A DNA stretch of 64,000 nucleotides. Source: Felis catus (Eukaryota). The notes beneath the pieces were generated by a model. That model was not told the origin of the DNA. It searched no databases and was given only the letters and a program-made list of their open reading frames with translations. Numbering within the stretch: position 1 is the first letter of the stretch; every line of letters begins with the position of its first letter. Positions 49,650-62,194 of the stretch are shown here, piece by piece. The position numbers and the translations under genes were made by a program. The DNA is taken from the NCBI RefSeq assembly GCF_018350175.1, contig NC_058368.1, positions 198,588,001 to 198,652,000 of the forward strand, written 5' to 3'.

Positions 49650-50345
49650 AGGGCAACTCAGTCATTCACTCAAACAACTCCAATTTTTATGAGCCTTTGA
49701 TGTTCCGATGTGGCCCTGGCACTAGGGATATACATGTGAGTGAGACATTGGCCTGTTGTCAGGGAACTTCCACTCTTGGAGGCGAAAAATAAGCAATTAC
49801 ATCTTGGAGTGGCCTATTCCACTTAGAAGAAAACAAAGGTAACTGAGGGAGCCTATGAAAGGAAACTTGAGGGCCCAGAAGAGCTTCCCAAAGGAGTCAT
49901 TCTTAATCTGCAGTGTCGAAGGCAAGTTGGCCCAGTGACAGGCAGGGCTGGGCAGAAGGAACAGCCTGTGCACTGACTCGGGGGTAAGTAACCCCATCAC
50001 TTCAGGGAGCTCCCAGGGCTCAGTGTGACTAGGGCAGAGGTGAGAGCAGTGGCTCCACATGAAGTTGCAGAGCCCAGCTGGGGTCACCTCAGGGGAACTT
50101 TCAATGTTTGCCTGGAGTGACCTGGTCAGATCTTCCTGCACTGTGAAGGATCGGAAAGGGAGGCCAGACCGGAGCAAGAAGGCCAGTTAGGAAGATGCCA
50201 TCCTGATCCTGGAATGAAATGATGGTATTCACAACCAGGTAGGAGCAGGAGGGATGCCCAAAAGTAGATGCTTCTAAGGATTGTCGGAATTTCGTAATTG
50301 GATGTAGAAGATGAGAGCAAAGATTTTAGCGCTTTTGGTTTGAGC
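49650..50345 (-). mobile_element. Ancient L2 fragments
   Basis: CATTCACTCAAACAA...GGCCCTGGCACTAGGGATA 3' end followed by degenerate purine-rich L2 body. Confidence 0.55.
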
Positions 50346-50347
50346 AC

Positions 50348-50720
50348 TGTTCTGGTTATCCATTAGTGAGCTAACGAACCATCTTAAGAGTGGCTTCAGG
50401 CAGTAACAACTTATTTTACTCCTGAATCGGGAGGTAACTTGGGTTCAGCGAGGCTGTTGTTGCTAAGGAGCCCTTTTGAAGTCACAGTCACATGGTGGCT
50501 GGGGGCACCTCAAGTCTTCATATACTTGTCTGGCATTTGTGTTTGGGAATCCCCAAATAGCTGGGTGCCGGGGGACTGTGGACTCCTGGGGCATCTCTCT
50601 TCACGTGGTCTTCCTATAGGCTGCATCGGGGTGACTGGACTTCTCCCATCCAGGCTAAAGACTCACAGAGCATGTACCAAGAGAAACTGGCAGAACTTGA
50701 ACTCTGGTCTGGCTAACATC
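50348..50720. mobile_element. MaLR LTR (MLT1F/G/H-like)
   Basis: TGTTCTGGTTATCCATT...AGTGGCTT...CAACTTATTTTACTCCTGAATC...GCATCTCTCTTCACGTGGTCTT. Confidence 0.55.
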
Positions 50721-52350
50721 TGACCTCCCCGTCTTCACTACTTAAATGATACCTGAAGCCACAGCCATGAACAAGCTCACCCAGGGAGGATTGTGTAGAG
50801 TGCGAAGAGAAGAATCCCGAGGAAGCCCAGTGCCTCAGTTAATGCTGGCACATAGCGGGCATTCCCTTTTTTGTGTGGGATCAGAAAAAAGGAAAGGAGC
50901 CAGAAAAAGAGGCTAAGAGAGGACTGGAAGATTGAAAGGAAGCCTGGGGAGTGGAGTCAGGCTGAGAAGGGAGACTTTCCAGAAGGAAGAAGTGGCCAGT
51001 GGTGTTCAGTATTGCCCAGAGATCATGGAAATAGGGACTGAAGAGTGGCCGCTGGATTTGCATCAGGGTTGACCTGGGCCAGGGCACACTCGGGCCTAGC
51101 GGAAGGTCAGAAGAGGACACTGCTGCAGTTAAGTCTGTCAAGGAATGGTACCGTGAAAGGACAGACACCAGAGCCGGAACTGGAGGAGTGGCTTTCCTCT
51201 TTACATGGGACCCAACTTGAGATGGCTAAATGCTGGTGAAGTAAAAGAGAAGGTCACTTTGCTGATGGTGACTGAAATATGGTGGGGTAGGGGTTTGAGC
51301 TGAGTGGGGTTGAAACTTCAGTGAAGTATGAGGCGGAGTGATGACCAGGGATCCCAAAGTGTTGGTTGCTGCAGACTGTTGACGTCAAAAGCCATGACTG
51401 AATGGCCCAAATATGTAGGGTGGTGGAATTTTTTTTCTTCCATTCTCTATAGCTGTTTGGGTGTAGGTTTCAAGAGGTAGGCACTTAGATTAAGGTTTAG
51501 GATTTTTCCAGCGTGAGTCAATGGGTGGATAACGGGATAGCGGAATTTAGGACCATGGCAAGACAATGGTTGACGCCATAGACCGTGAGCTGAGTTACTG
51601 AAAGGAGGGCAAACAGGAAGTAAAGGATGTGCAAGGAACTGGTATCTTGAGGCTGAATAATGTGTGTCATTGGGAGTTCAATGTGGTCCGACAAAAGGGC
51701 CTACAAACTTAAGATCACAGAGGTAGAGCTGTTCCCGGAGGGGAAGCTCTCGTGTGGCTGTGGTTGGTCAGCAGCAGAAAAGATGGAAGGGTTGGGGAAG
51801 AAGAAAGACAGCCGTGGTGTCGGATGGAGCATGCTCACGGATGTCCAGGTCATCAGGAATGTGGCAGGGCTCCGAGTGAGAGGCTGATCAAGATTCCAAA
51901 ATGCTCAGTGAATGAGGTGAAGGTCCCTCAATGTCCTTGACAAGGAGTAGTAGAGCTAGATGCTAGAACTCCTCACCCTGAGTCTTGAGGAGTAGGACTG
52001 GTCTGGAGATCCTCAAGGATCTCCCAGGAATCGAGTTGGGCCGCACAGTGGACGGGACATTTCACAAAGCTCTTGCAGGTGGAGGGGAGTTTCATGGTTT
52101 AGTGCTGCTGATTCTACCATTTTAACTGCCGGGTAAGCTGCCTGACTGCACCTTCACTGGATCTTTGGCAAGTTCCTTCTCAGTGCTTCGCTTTATTCCA
52201 TTCGCAAAGTGGAGGATAGTAAGAATAACTCCTTGCGTTTGGTGAGGATCAACCGAAATAATGTACTCTAGAACAGTGCCAGACACCCCTCCTCCGTGGC
52301 TTCCTCTTACTCCCCGTCCTTGCAGAAGATACCTGCCAATATCAACAGGT

Positions 52351-52948
52351 GTTTTTTTTTTTATTGAAGTATAATTGGCATATAACCTTATGTTCGTAAC
52401 AGGTGTACAGCGCAATGATATTCGTATAAACTGCAAAATGAAACCACAATAAGTCTAGTTAATATTCTTCACCATATAGTTACATTTTTTTCTTGTGATA
52501 ACATCTTAGATCTACAATCTTTCAAATATGCAATACAGTGTCCTCAACTAAAGTCACCATGCTGTACATTCATCCCTAGGACTTTTTTTTTTTTAATGTT
52601 TATTGTTCAGAGAGAATGAGAGAGATACAGATACACAGAATCTGAAACAGGCTCCAGGCTCTGAGCTGTCAGCACAGAGTACGGTGTGGGGCTCAAACTC
52701 ACGAACCGTGAGATCATGACCTGAGCCAAAGTCGGACACTTAACCGACTGAGCCACCCAGGCACCCTAGGACTTTTTATAACAAAGTTTTTATCTTTTGA
52801 CTCCTTTGACCCATTTTGCCACCTTCCAAACCCTGCCTCTGGCAACCACCATTCTCTTCTATGTATCCATGAGCTTGTTTTTGCCTTTTTTGCATCCGCA
52901 TAAGTGAACTCATGCCACAGTTACCTTTCTCTGACTTATTTCACTAAG
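52351..52948 (-). mobile_element. Older L1 3' UTR interrupted by a CanSINE
   Basis: Poly-T then ATTGAAGTATAATTGGCATATAAC...CCTCTGGCAACCACC...TCTCTGACTTATTTCACT. Confidence 0.85.
52583..52766 (-). mobile_element. CanSINE with TSD
   Basis: CCCTAGGACTTTTT at 52574 and 52764. Confidence 0.93.
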
Positions 52949-54916
52949 TGCCTGCCAACCGTGAAGGTGATGCTTTCTAAGGGCCCTGTGAGGTAGATAC
53001 TTACATCAGCTTTGTTTTTCAGATGTTAAAACTGACACCTGGAAAGGTTAATCAACTTAAGGAAATGTACCATGGGAGAAGGCTCTCTGGAAAGACTGGG
53101 GAGGAGGGACTGGCGTGAGCCTGGCTTGTTGGAGAGAGGGCACGGAGCAGTGTGGGGTGAGGGTAACTGTAGTGTGAAAGATGATGGAATCAGATAGGCG
53201 CTTTCCTCCCCGAAACCAGCTCTGGCAGTTCTCTGGTTAGGGAGTTCGGGGAAGGTGAAATCCAAGCTAGTTGTGCCATGGAGGGGCTCCTAGTTTAGAT
53301 GAAGAAACCCATAGCTCAATTACTTGATTCTTAAGACTCTCTGCCTGCTCTTCTCTAAGAGGTGTTGAGCTTCCAAGGGAGGAGACTGGACTCTCGAGAC
53401 TCGGTTGTTGTATCTGTCACACAAGCCACATCTCCCTGGAGGACTCCCAGGGTTGGGGTCCCTGCCGGCACCAGACTCCCAGGGCGGAGAACTGGTGGTT
53501 TGAGCATGGAGTTCAGAAGTTGTTGAAGATGGCCCAGGCTGGGGCCTTTGAACTGGACTGAAAGTTAGTCTCAGGCAGCTTGCGGGGCCGGGAGTTTTTC
53601 TTAAGGCAGCCCGAGAGGTTAGTGTGCATGTGCTGTGTCTGGGACTGCTGCTTAGTAATCTGGATGTTTTGTTAATAAAGCTGATATGGCCTGTGTGATC
53701 CTGACTTGTACCTATTTAAAACGGTCAGAACTATTTGCAGAAATAGTTTTTGGTTGGAGAATGGCCCTTTTCTCTCCTGTCTCCTTTCAGTCTTCTTCCA
53801 GCCCTTCACTATGAAAACTGAACTGAGTCTCCTTCCAGGGCTGCTCTTGGCGCCGCCTTAGACAGTTCCACATAGTGGGCACTGCAGAAGTGCTTGGCCA
53901 AGGGAGCAGGCGTGGCTAGGATCCGGCTCCTGCTCAGCCGGCTGAGGTACCCATTGTGCACTGGCACAGAGGTGCTAGTGGGCTGGCCGTGGCCCTGCCT
54001 CAGGCCTCCGTTCCCGTATGTGTCACAGGGCAAAGCACGGTGTGGTACGGTGCAGGGCCGGGTTGTGGGCCTGCTAGTATTTCCAGAGCCTGGCACAGGT
54101 ACACCAGACAGCTGCGAAGTCTGTGGTTGGGCCGAGAGGCTGCGCGGAGGATGCTTAAGGGCACGGACCTTGGAGCCACACTGCCTGCATTCACGTTATG
54201 GTTGCCACTTACCTGCTGTGCAGTCTCTGTGCCTCAGGTTCTTCATCTACAGAATGGGCACAATCACAGTACCTACATCAGAGTTGAGTTAGAATATAGG
54301 AAGCACTGAAAAGAGGGCCTAGTCTCTCTAGCACTGTTAAAGTGCTGTCAAAGAACTGCTCTGCTGTTATTGGGCTGGGACTTGGCATACGAAGCAAGGA
54401 CTTTGCGCTGTCCACCGCTGAAAAACTTCTAGTCTGGTTCCGTTCGTTTTTCTCCAATGCCAGCTTTCAAAACTCTTCTTGCCTCCGCCGAATGAACGTA
54501 GTACAGAGTAACTGGGTTAAAGAGATTGCAGCCACTTGGTACTTCTGTAAGTGGCAGCTATTTATGATTTGCAGAGGTGAAAGGTCCTGGCGTGACCCAC
54601 GGTGGCCCGCACCTCTCTGCAGCTCTGCTCCGAGCTGCTACCGGAACTTGTCTAAAGGAGACCACTCCCTTTCAACTTAGCAGGCATATTTTCTGAGGTC
54701 CTTCTCTACAATTCTGGTTTGATTCCAACAAAAGGGGAGAATTCCAAACAGTTTGACTTTCTGCTTGGCAACACTGTTCCCCCTAGCTTGTGCTTGCTTG
54801 GACATCTCTTCTATCCCTCCCTCGCTTAGAAATGTTTCCGGAGAGGCAGTGTGTCGTAGAGGACAGAGGACTGGGCTGATTTTTTGGATGCTGTTGCTGT
54901 TTTGTTTCATCTTGAA

Positions 54917-55080
54917 TTTTTTCTTCCTTTTCCTTTCCTTTTCCTTTCCTTTCCTTCTCCTCCCTTTCTTCTCCTCCCTTTCTTCTCCTCCCTTTCTTCT
55001 CCTCCCTTTCTTCTCCTCCCTTTCTTCTCCTCCCTTTCTTCTCCTCCCTTTCTTCTCCCTTCTCCTCCCCCTTTTCTTTT
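54917..55080. repeat. 164-nt pure polypyrimidine tract containing 7 perfect copies of the 14-mer CTCCTCCCTTTCTT (54957-55054)
   Basis: Counted directly from the sequence. Confidence 0.95.
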
Positions 55081-55904
55081 GCTGCTGGTTCTTTTTTCAA
55101 GTCCCTGTGCTGAGTGTAGAAAACCTCTTAGGATTGTTGAATTTCTGTTCTGTTTTGAATAAAAACATTGTACATCTACACAGTTCATCAATAGAATTTC
55201 TTAGTGTAACAAATTTCCCTGTGATTTGTTGGGTTTTCAAGATGTGTGTTTTAAAGACTTGGTCATTTACATTGGGTTGTTTAATCATTCCTGGGTTTCC
55301 TTTGCATTTCCTGAGTTTTTCAGGGCTCCTGCTGACCTGACCATGGCCTGTGGGCAGGATCACTTCTTGAGCCTGAGGTGGAACTTTTCTCTATTTCTGT
55401 GGACTCAGGCTGACGTTTTTCTGTAGCCTCAATGTGTAGCCAATAGATTCTTGTGCTAGTGATATTTTAGTTTTCCCCAAATACGTCTTGATTTGGGGAG
55501 AACGCCTAACTCTTTTGGTTATCTTTGGGAGCACTCAGGTGAATTTTTATCATAATTATGTGAGGTTAATATTCTTCTTAAATTGTTGCAAAAAAAAAAA
55601 CCTGACTTGGAGTCAAAAGAAAAATTTTACTATGTCAAGAATAGATCTTCAGTTGCTAATTTTAAAACTCTTCAAATTAGATTCTTTGTTCCATAGGAGG
55701 ACACAAGTGTAATGAAACAAGTTGCTAAAAAAGTCAAAATTAGAGTTGTGTAGGAAGTGATGCATATTTTAATTCTTTATTCAAAGATCTTGAAAACAAC
55801 AAAAATGGATGATTATGAAGAAATGATGGAGATGAAGCATCAAGATCTCACAGGCTCATTGATGGTTTGATTCTCTCTGTTTTATGCTACTTCTCTTGGT
55901 TTCA

Positions 55905-56000
55905 AATTTTTACTTCTAGTTAGTTAACAGACAGTGTAATAGTGGTTTCAGGAGTAGAATTTAGTGATGCATCACTTACATGGAACACTCTGTGCTCATC
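55905..56000 (-). mobile_element. Very short carnivore L1 3' end
   Basis: AGTTAGTTAACAGACAGTGTAATAGTGGTTTCAGGAGTAGAATTTAGTGAT matches the copy at ~28495. Confidence 0.8.
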
Positions 56001-56345
56001 TCGTCTGTTTTAAAGCAATTCTCTTCCATTTCCTGAATCCAGAGTGCTGAGTTTTTCTCAATTGCTTAATAAAGGTTATTTATCCCAATTGCTTTTTATA
56101 TTGTGGTGAGTGATATTAAAACAGCAGCAACAAATGAATATTCTAAGGGTGGGTGTAGGTAGCTTTTTCCTAGGTATTCAAAATTAACATGGTCTTTTAC
56201 AAAACAACATTTTATCCAGTGTCCATTTGCTTGAAATGGAGCAGTGACTTCACATCCTGGTTTTGAATGCAGGTGCACAGCCCTGTATTCAGATACTGAG
56301 CTACAATAAGAAAAGGTTCTGTTATGTTTTAAAATATTCCATGAA

Positions 56346-56548
56346 GGGAACACCTGGGGGGCTCAGTCAGTTGAATGTCCCACTTTGGCTTGGGTCATGA
56401 TCGTGTGGTTAGTGAGTTTGAGCCCCGCATCCGGCTTGCTTGCCTCTGTTAGGAGACTGCTTTAGATCCTCTGCCCACCCACACCTCCCCCCCACCCCCC
56501 CACCCCCCCGGCTCCCTGCCGGGCCTCAAAAATGAACATTTAAAAAAG
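56346..56548 (+). mobile_element. CanSINE with C-run tract in place of (CT)n
   Basis: GGGAACACCTGGGGGGCTCAGTC head, GGTCATGATC core, AAACATTTAAAAAA tail. Confidence 0.88.
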
Positions 56549-56796
56549 ATTCCTTCAAGGATACATGTCACATTAGTTTTGGGAGAAGAAAAACCCTATG
56601 CTTCTTTCCTACCAACCTCTCCCCTCCTATCTAACATTCCTCACTCAAAGGCTTATTGAGACTTATTGTTTGGTAGGTACTTGGGCATCATAGGTATCAC
56701 AGGGATAACTGTATCTATTGAACTATCTATAGCCTATAACATCAGCTATACTACAGTTCTTCGCTTGTGGGGAAAGCTCTGGTTGGTGGGGTAGAA

Positions 56797-57139
56797 CAGT
56801 GTGGACAACCTTTTTCTGGTAAGGGCCAGCTAATAAATATTTTAGGCTTTGCAGGCTATACAGTCTGTGTCTTCACTATTCAACTCTGCTATGGTAGCAC
56901 TAAAACAGCCAGAGATAACACATAAATAGTTGGATGTGGCTGTGATCCAATAAAGTTTTATTTATTTATCTACTTATTTATTTTTAATATGAAATTTATT
57001 GTCAAATTGGTTTCCATACAACACCCAGTGCTCATCCCAGCAGGTGCCCTCCTCAGTGCCCATCACCCACTAAACTTTTATTTTTAAAAACAGGTAGTGG
57101 GCCAGATTCAGCCCATAGATAATAGTTTGCCTGTGTCTG
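56797..57139 (+). mobile_element. MER58A-like hAT fossil interrupted by a short felid L1 3' end
   Basis: Matches the element at 7064-7284 on both sides of the insert at 56961-57070. Confidence 0.8.
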
Positions 57140-57599
57140 GGCTGGTAGAATAAGATTTATTTACCTCCTTGAAGAGAGGTAGTATTTCATGATAGTTTTT
57201 CATTGGCATCAGAATTTTGGTTTTTGTACTTGCGGGATACCTTTGGATGGAGACCATATGATCAGTGGCTTCCTTTACTTGAAGGGTGTAAACTGTTTCC
57301 TGTGCATCTTCAGAGGCAGACTATAATAGGGTCAGAGTTTATAGGAAGTCCGGTATTGGTTCAGGGTGAGGAACTTTCTTGAAAGGTTTACTCTTGCCAT
57401 GAATAGGAAAAGCCAAAGCAGAAGCTGCTTCCTACCTGTTCAGGACATCATAGAAGGGGTTCTTGCATTGAGTGAGAAAGTAGACTCAAGATTTCTTTCA
57501 CCTTTTCCCCTACTTACCGGTTGGTCCTAATGTGAGACCATCTCTCTGCTTTACCATGAATTATTTAAAAATCAGTGTGGTGTTGGGGAGGATTTCAGA

Positions 57600-58181
57600 G
57601 GTTTCTTTTCACTTAAACGATGGAATTCTTTCTTTCCAGTTTTATGCAGAACTCAGATATATAAAAGAAATGATGTTTCATTATACGTGATTTTTATAAA
57701 CATCCTTGTTTATATTTACTTAGAGTAGATCAGTGAGGACAATGAAGCTGTTTTTGATAAACACAAAACAATTTAGATTTAGATGATTTTAACTTAGATC
57801 CGTTTAGATAGATGAGAACTGAAGGGTCATCTTCCAAGTTCATTTGGTATTGCATTTATTTTTTGTGATATTAAGGGAAAAGAGGATGTTAATGGAGTCC
57901 TATTTATAGATGTGAAAGTAATTTCATCTTAAATCTTCAGCGAGAAGGAAGAATATAGGTTTTGTTCTGAGACTGGACCCACCCCTCCAAAACCCCATTA
58001 CTCTGGCAGCACGGGGGTGGGTGATGGGGTGTGAACTGTAAAAGTTCATGTACAGTACATTTGAGTAGGTTTTTCTTCATTTCAGTCTCTAATAAAAATT
58101 CAGTTCTCTTCACAAAATACTTCTTGAATATCCAGCTGCCTCTTTGGAACCCTGTTGGGGGTATAGTTTGAAAACCACTGG
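57600..58181. mobile_element. Degenerate hAT-Charlie-like fossil
   Basis: Ends TTGGAACCCTG...TAGTTTGAAAACCACTG, a typical Charlie-family terminus. Confidence 0.45.
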
Positions 58182-60398
58182 TTTACAATCAGACCGAGGT
58201 GGAAATCTAAGTTCTGTCCCTTAGCAGCCATGAGCTTGTAACTAATTCTGTGTTTCATCTGATGGGCCTAGAAATATTCCCATTGCTCTAGTTGTGAAGA
58301 CCGAGATGACGGTGCAAAACACCCAGAACATAGTAGTGTCTTAATGTCCTTTGCAGTCATGGTTTTAAATTGTGTGGCTCCATATGATTTCAGTAGTAGG
58401 TTTTCATTTGCCTTTACTAGAAATTATTAACCGTCTTAAAGGAACCCTTGCCTAGGAACTCTGCCCTCAGAAATGACAGTTACTGCTCTGAAAGGAGTAG
58501 CTTGCAGGGGTCTGTAGCCCACCCTATCTGTGGTGGTGATTCTGTCTTCTGGCCTAAGAGCGAACAGTGGAGTTAGAGGGAGATCAGCCCTCCCAGGGGC
58601 AGAAGATAGGGGCCTAAGAGGCTTGGTTATCCACACGCTCAGAAACCAGGGGAGGGAGTATGCAAACTTGTGAGATTTTTGTTTTTGTTGCCCTGTAAGG
58701 ATGTGTAAGGATGTGAACTGTAAGGAGAGAGGGCTTGGGCCACCAGCAGCCAGACTTTAGGGGACAATGAAGCTGGAGCACGGTTAAAACTTACAAGACA
58801 GAAAAAAGTTAGTGTCCTTGGTGGGGGGGCAAATAGGTTGAGTGCCTGGGGACCAAAAGTAGGTAGCTTCTGGCCACCTGAGCTGGGCACAGGAAGTAGC
58901 CCTGAGACTTCACAGAAATTCCCAGGTGATTCCCCAAGCACCTTAATTGGGATCATTGTTTTTCAGCAAATGTAAGAAAGTGGTATGTCCATAGAAGTCA
59001 TGAATTTGGGGGTATCCGATGCTGGAGAGTGGCCCAAAGAAACTGGTCTTGAAGTCAGATCCCAGAGGGAAGCTGGACAGGATCCTGTGGGGCCAGGAGG
59101 TTATACTAGGGAGTTGAGTTTCATTTAAGATTACTCTTAAAACTGATAAGTGGTTTTAAGCCAGAAGCATAGAACCTGATTTGCATGTTGAAATCTTGTG
59201 TTGGCTGCAGCATGGGGACTGGATTAAAGAGGCAAGAGGGGTCTGGGGGACCTGTTAGGGACACTGTCCAGCTGCAGATGTGGACCACTTGGCCTGGGCT
59301 TTGGTGAGTTTGAGGATATGGCTTGTCTTTGCCAAGCACCTGATGCTTGTTAACTTGATCCAATAAGGTTAGTAGTATTAGTATTCCTTTCTCATGTCTG
59401 AGGGCCAGTTATTAAAGTTGAGAGCATGCGAGTTTTCTAAGGTCATGCCCTGAATTATTTAAACAGGTCTGTCTAAACTCAAAGCTCACAGCTCACTTTC
59501 TTCCCTTTCCACAATCAGAAAAACAAAGTCTAGGTGGTCTAATTCATAAACTAATAAGCATTTTGACTCCTTGAGTGGTTGGACCACATTCTCCTGTTTC
59601 TGGGCAGTACAGTCATGTTTATAAGTTACTATGAAGTATTGACTGGGTAAAAGGGCTTGACCACTTGCGTATTTTGACAGCTTGACATATACATTTGACA
59701 AGATAAGCATCATGTTCAAGGTAGAGGCTTAAAATAAGTTCAAAGACCGAATCTCTGGCAGCAGCAGGACAGTGCTGAAAGATGATACTCGGTTATGTCC
59801 AAAAAAGAAGGGGAAAGTAGGAATGGAGGATAAATCCACGTATTTGAAATGTATTTTTCCTTATGACTTTAACGTTCCCAAGTGTCTAGTTGTGCAACGC
59901 ATTGTCGCCTGTCATTACAAAATACCATGTTAATACTGAATTCCAAAATGCGATAATCGACGACTAAAATTTAACCTAATGTACACCAAAACGTCTTCTG
60001 TTTTCGCATAGATGGAAATTGCCTCGTGGAACAACAGTATGGGGGCTGGCCGAAATGAATGGTGTTTTTGTTTTTGTTTTTTGCCTCTGGTGCCGGGTCT
60101 GTGGGGGCCGTGCTGGGAGCTAAGCCCTCTGGCCTTGGAACGTTTCTTCCTTTGGAAAATCTTGAGTTGGCGTCCTGGGTGACCATGTTAGCAATAAGAA
60201 TTCCGAGTCCTGGAATGTGAAGACAAGCAGGAAGAGACACCAGGAGACTGAAACCAGGCCTGGATCCAGGGTGTCCTTAGAAGCTGATGGCCAAGTGCAT
60301 CTCCTGGGGCTTCTATGTCTGGGGCCCCATAGTGCAGATGCATAGAGGAACTTGTGTGTCTGGAGCACAGTAGACCCTCCATTTAAAAATCAAACACA

Positions 60399-60614
60399 GG
60401 GGCGCCTGGGTGGCTCAGTCGGTTGAGTGTCTGGGTTTGGCTCGGGTCATGATCTCACGGTTTGTGAGTTTGAGCCCCGCATCGGGCTCTGTGCCGACAG
60501 CTCAGAGCCTGGAGCCTGCTTCGGATTCTCTGTCTCCCTCTCTCTTTCTCTGCCCCTCCCTTGCTCACTCTGTCTGTCTGTCTCTCTCTCTCTCAAAAAT
60601 AAACATTAAAAAAT
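60399..60614 (+). mobile_element. Full-length CanSINE (SINEC_Fc-like)
   Basis: GGGGCGCCTGGGTGGCTCAGTCGG head; AAACACAG on both flanks. Confidence 0.94.
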
Positions 60615-61749
60615 TAAGTAAACACAGATTTGGGGCTTACAAAGTTTCCTTTTATAACTCCTTTTGTCCTCCTGGTATCCTCTGAAGTAAGAGCAGTTAA
60701 GTAACTTGTCCAGGGTCCCACAAACAGTAAGCTGTATGGCTGGGATTTGATTGCAAGAAGCCTATCCCCAAATCTGTACTCCTAATGGCTCCCTGAACTG
60801 CTGCTTAATAAGCCTCTGGGGACTATTGAGTGTCTGATGCTGTGACTTTTCATGGTAGAGTATTGTCTGTCTACACCAGGGATTTTCAAAGCAAAGTTGT
60901 TGAAAGCTCTTGTCATCCCTTATTTCGCCCAGAATATTGTTAGAACTACCACATCCGCTCTCAAAAATAGTGATGCCCCGAAGTCCACTCTCCCTTGCAC
61001 ATTCTACTCTTCCCTTCATAACACTTCCCCTCTAGCTTGATATATTTGCTTTTGGAGGCACGGCCACTGGAGTGTAGATCCCACGAGAGCGCGTGTTCTG
61101 TGGACTGCTTTAGCCTCCAGCACAGAGGACACTGCTGAGCACAGAGTTGGTGCTCTGTACAAATATGTATTTATGCAATGAATAATAATGCCGCATACAC
61201 TGCCTTCAACTTGGTCTTCTAAAAACCTGAGCTTTTCTAAAGGATCATTATTACTGTGCCGTAGCAGTGAAACATCCCGGGGGGATCAGTAGCCTGGGGA
61301 GTTGAAATATTAAGGCTCAGCTCTTCCAGTTGCCATTGTATATGGACAATACCTTTGAATAAAATTGATAAGAAGGACTTCTTACCACCTTAAAAAAATA
61401 TGCTGCAGTTCTCCCCAGAATCCTGTATGTTCTTAGAAATCTATTCCCACTCCTTACAAACCAGAATTTGGCAGGTTTCTGCCGTGGACAAGGGACTGGT
61501 GCCCATGTTAGGTTTCCAGTGGCCATGCACCTTTTCCCTGGGTATTGAGAGTAGAGATCTTGTGCTGGGAAAAGCCTTTACGTCTAGGTAGGCTAGAGGG
61601 TCATGGAGATCTGTCACAAGTGTTATCTGTGCTCGGTAAGTGGTACTGCATTCAGCTTTTTAGAATTGGCTCTGATAGAATACTTAAACCATAAAATACT
61701 TGTGAACCTGCTTTTCTCAGTTTGACTTCATTTGCATTCATATGTTCTT

Positions 61750-61971
61750 TCTTTTTTTTTTAATCTTTTTTTTTAATGTTTATTTTTGAGAGATGGAGAC
61801 AGAGCTCGAGTGGGGGAGGGGCAGAGAGAGAGGGAGACACAGAATCCAAAACAGGCTCCAGGCTCTGAGCTGTCAGCACAGAGCCTGATACGGGGCTGGA
61901 GCTCATGAACTGTGAGATCATGACCTGAGCTGAAGTCGGACGCTTAACTGATTGAGCCACCTAGGCGCGCC
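61750..61971 (-). mobile_element. Full-length CanSINE with 17-bp TSD
   Basis: TSD TGCATTCAT(A/T)TGTTCTT at 61733-61749 and 61972-61988. Confidence 0.94.
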
Positions 61972-62194
61972 TGCATTCATTTGTTCTTAACAATTAAGAG
62001 CGTGGGCTCTCAAGTCCAAAAGGTTTGGGTTCAGATCCTACCTCTGTCACCTATGAACTGCTGTTGCCCTGTCTACATCAGGGAAAATACTAGTGTAAAG
62101 TGGAATGCATCCCACTTCCATTTAACTGTCATAGGGGCTACTCGTCCTTGTTGGGAATACAGTCTCAACAACTTACCAGTTAAGATTGGAGTTG

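Noticed and set aside
54753..55340. 195-aa hydrophobic ORF and charged antisense ORFs
   Set aside because: Translations of the pyrimidine minisatellite.
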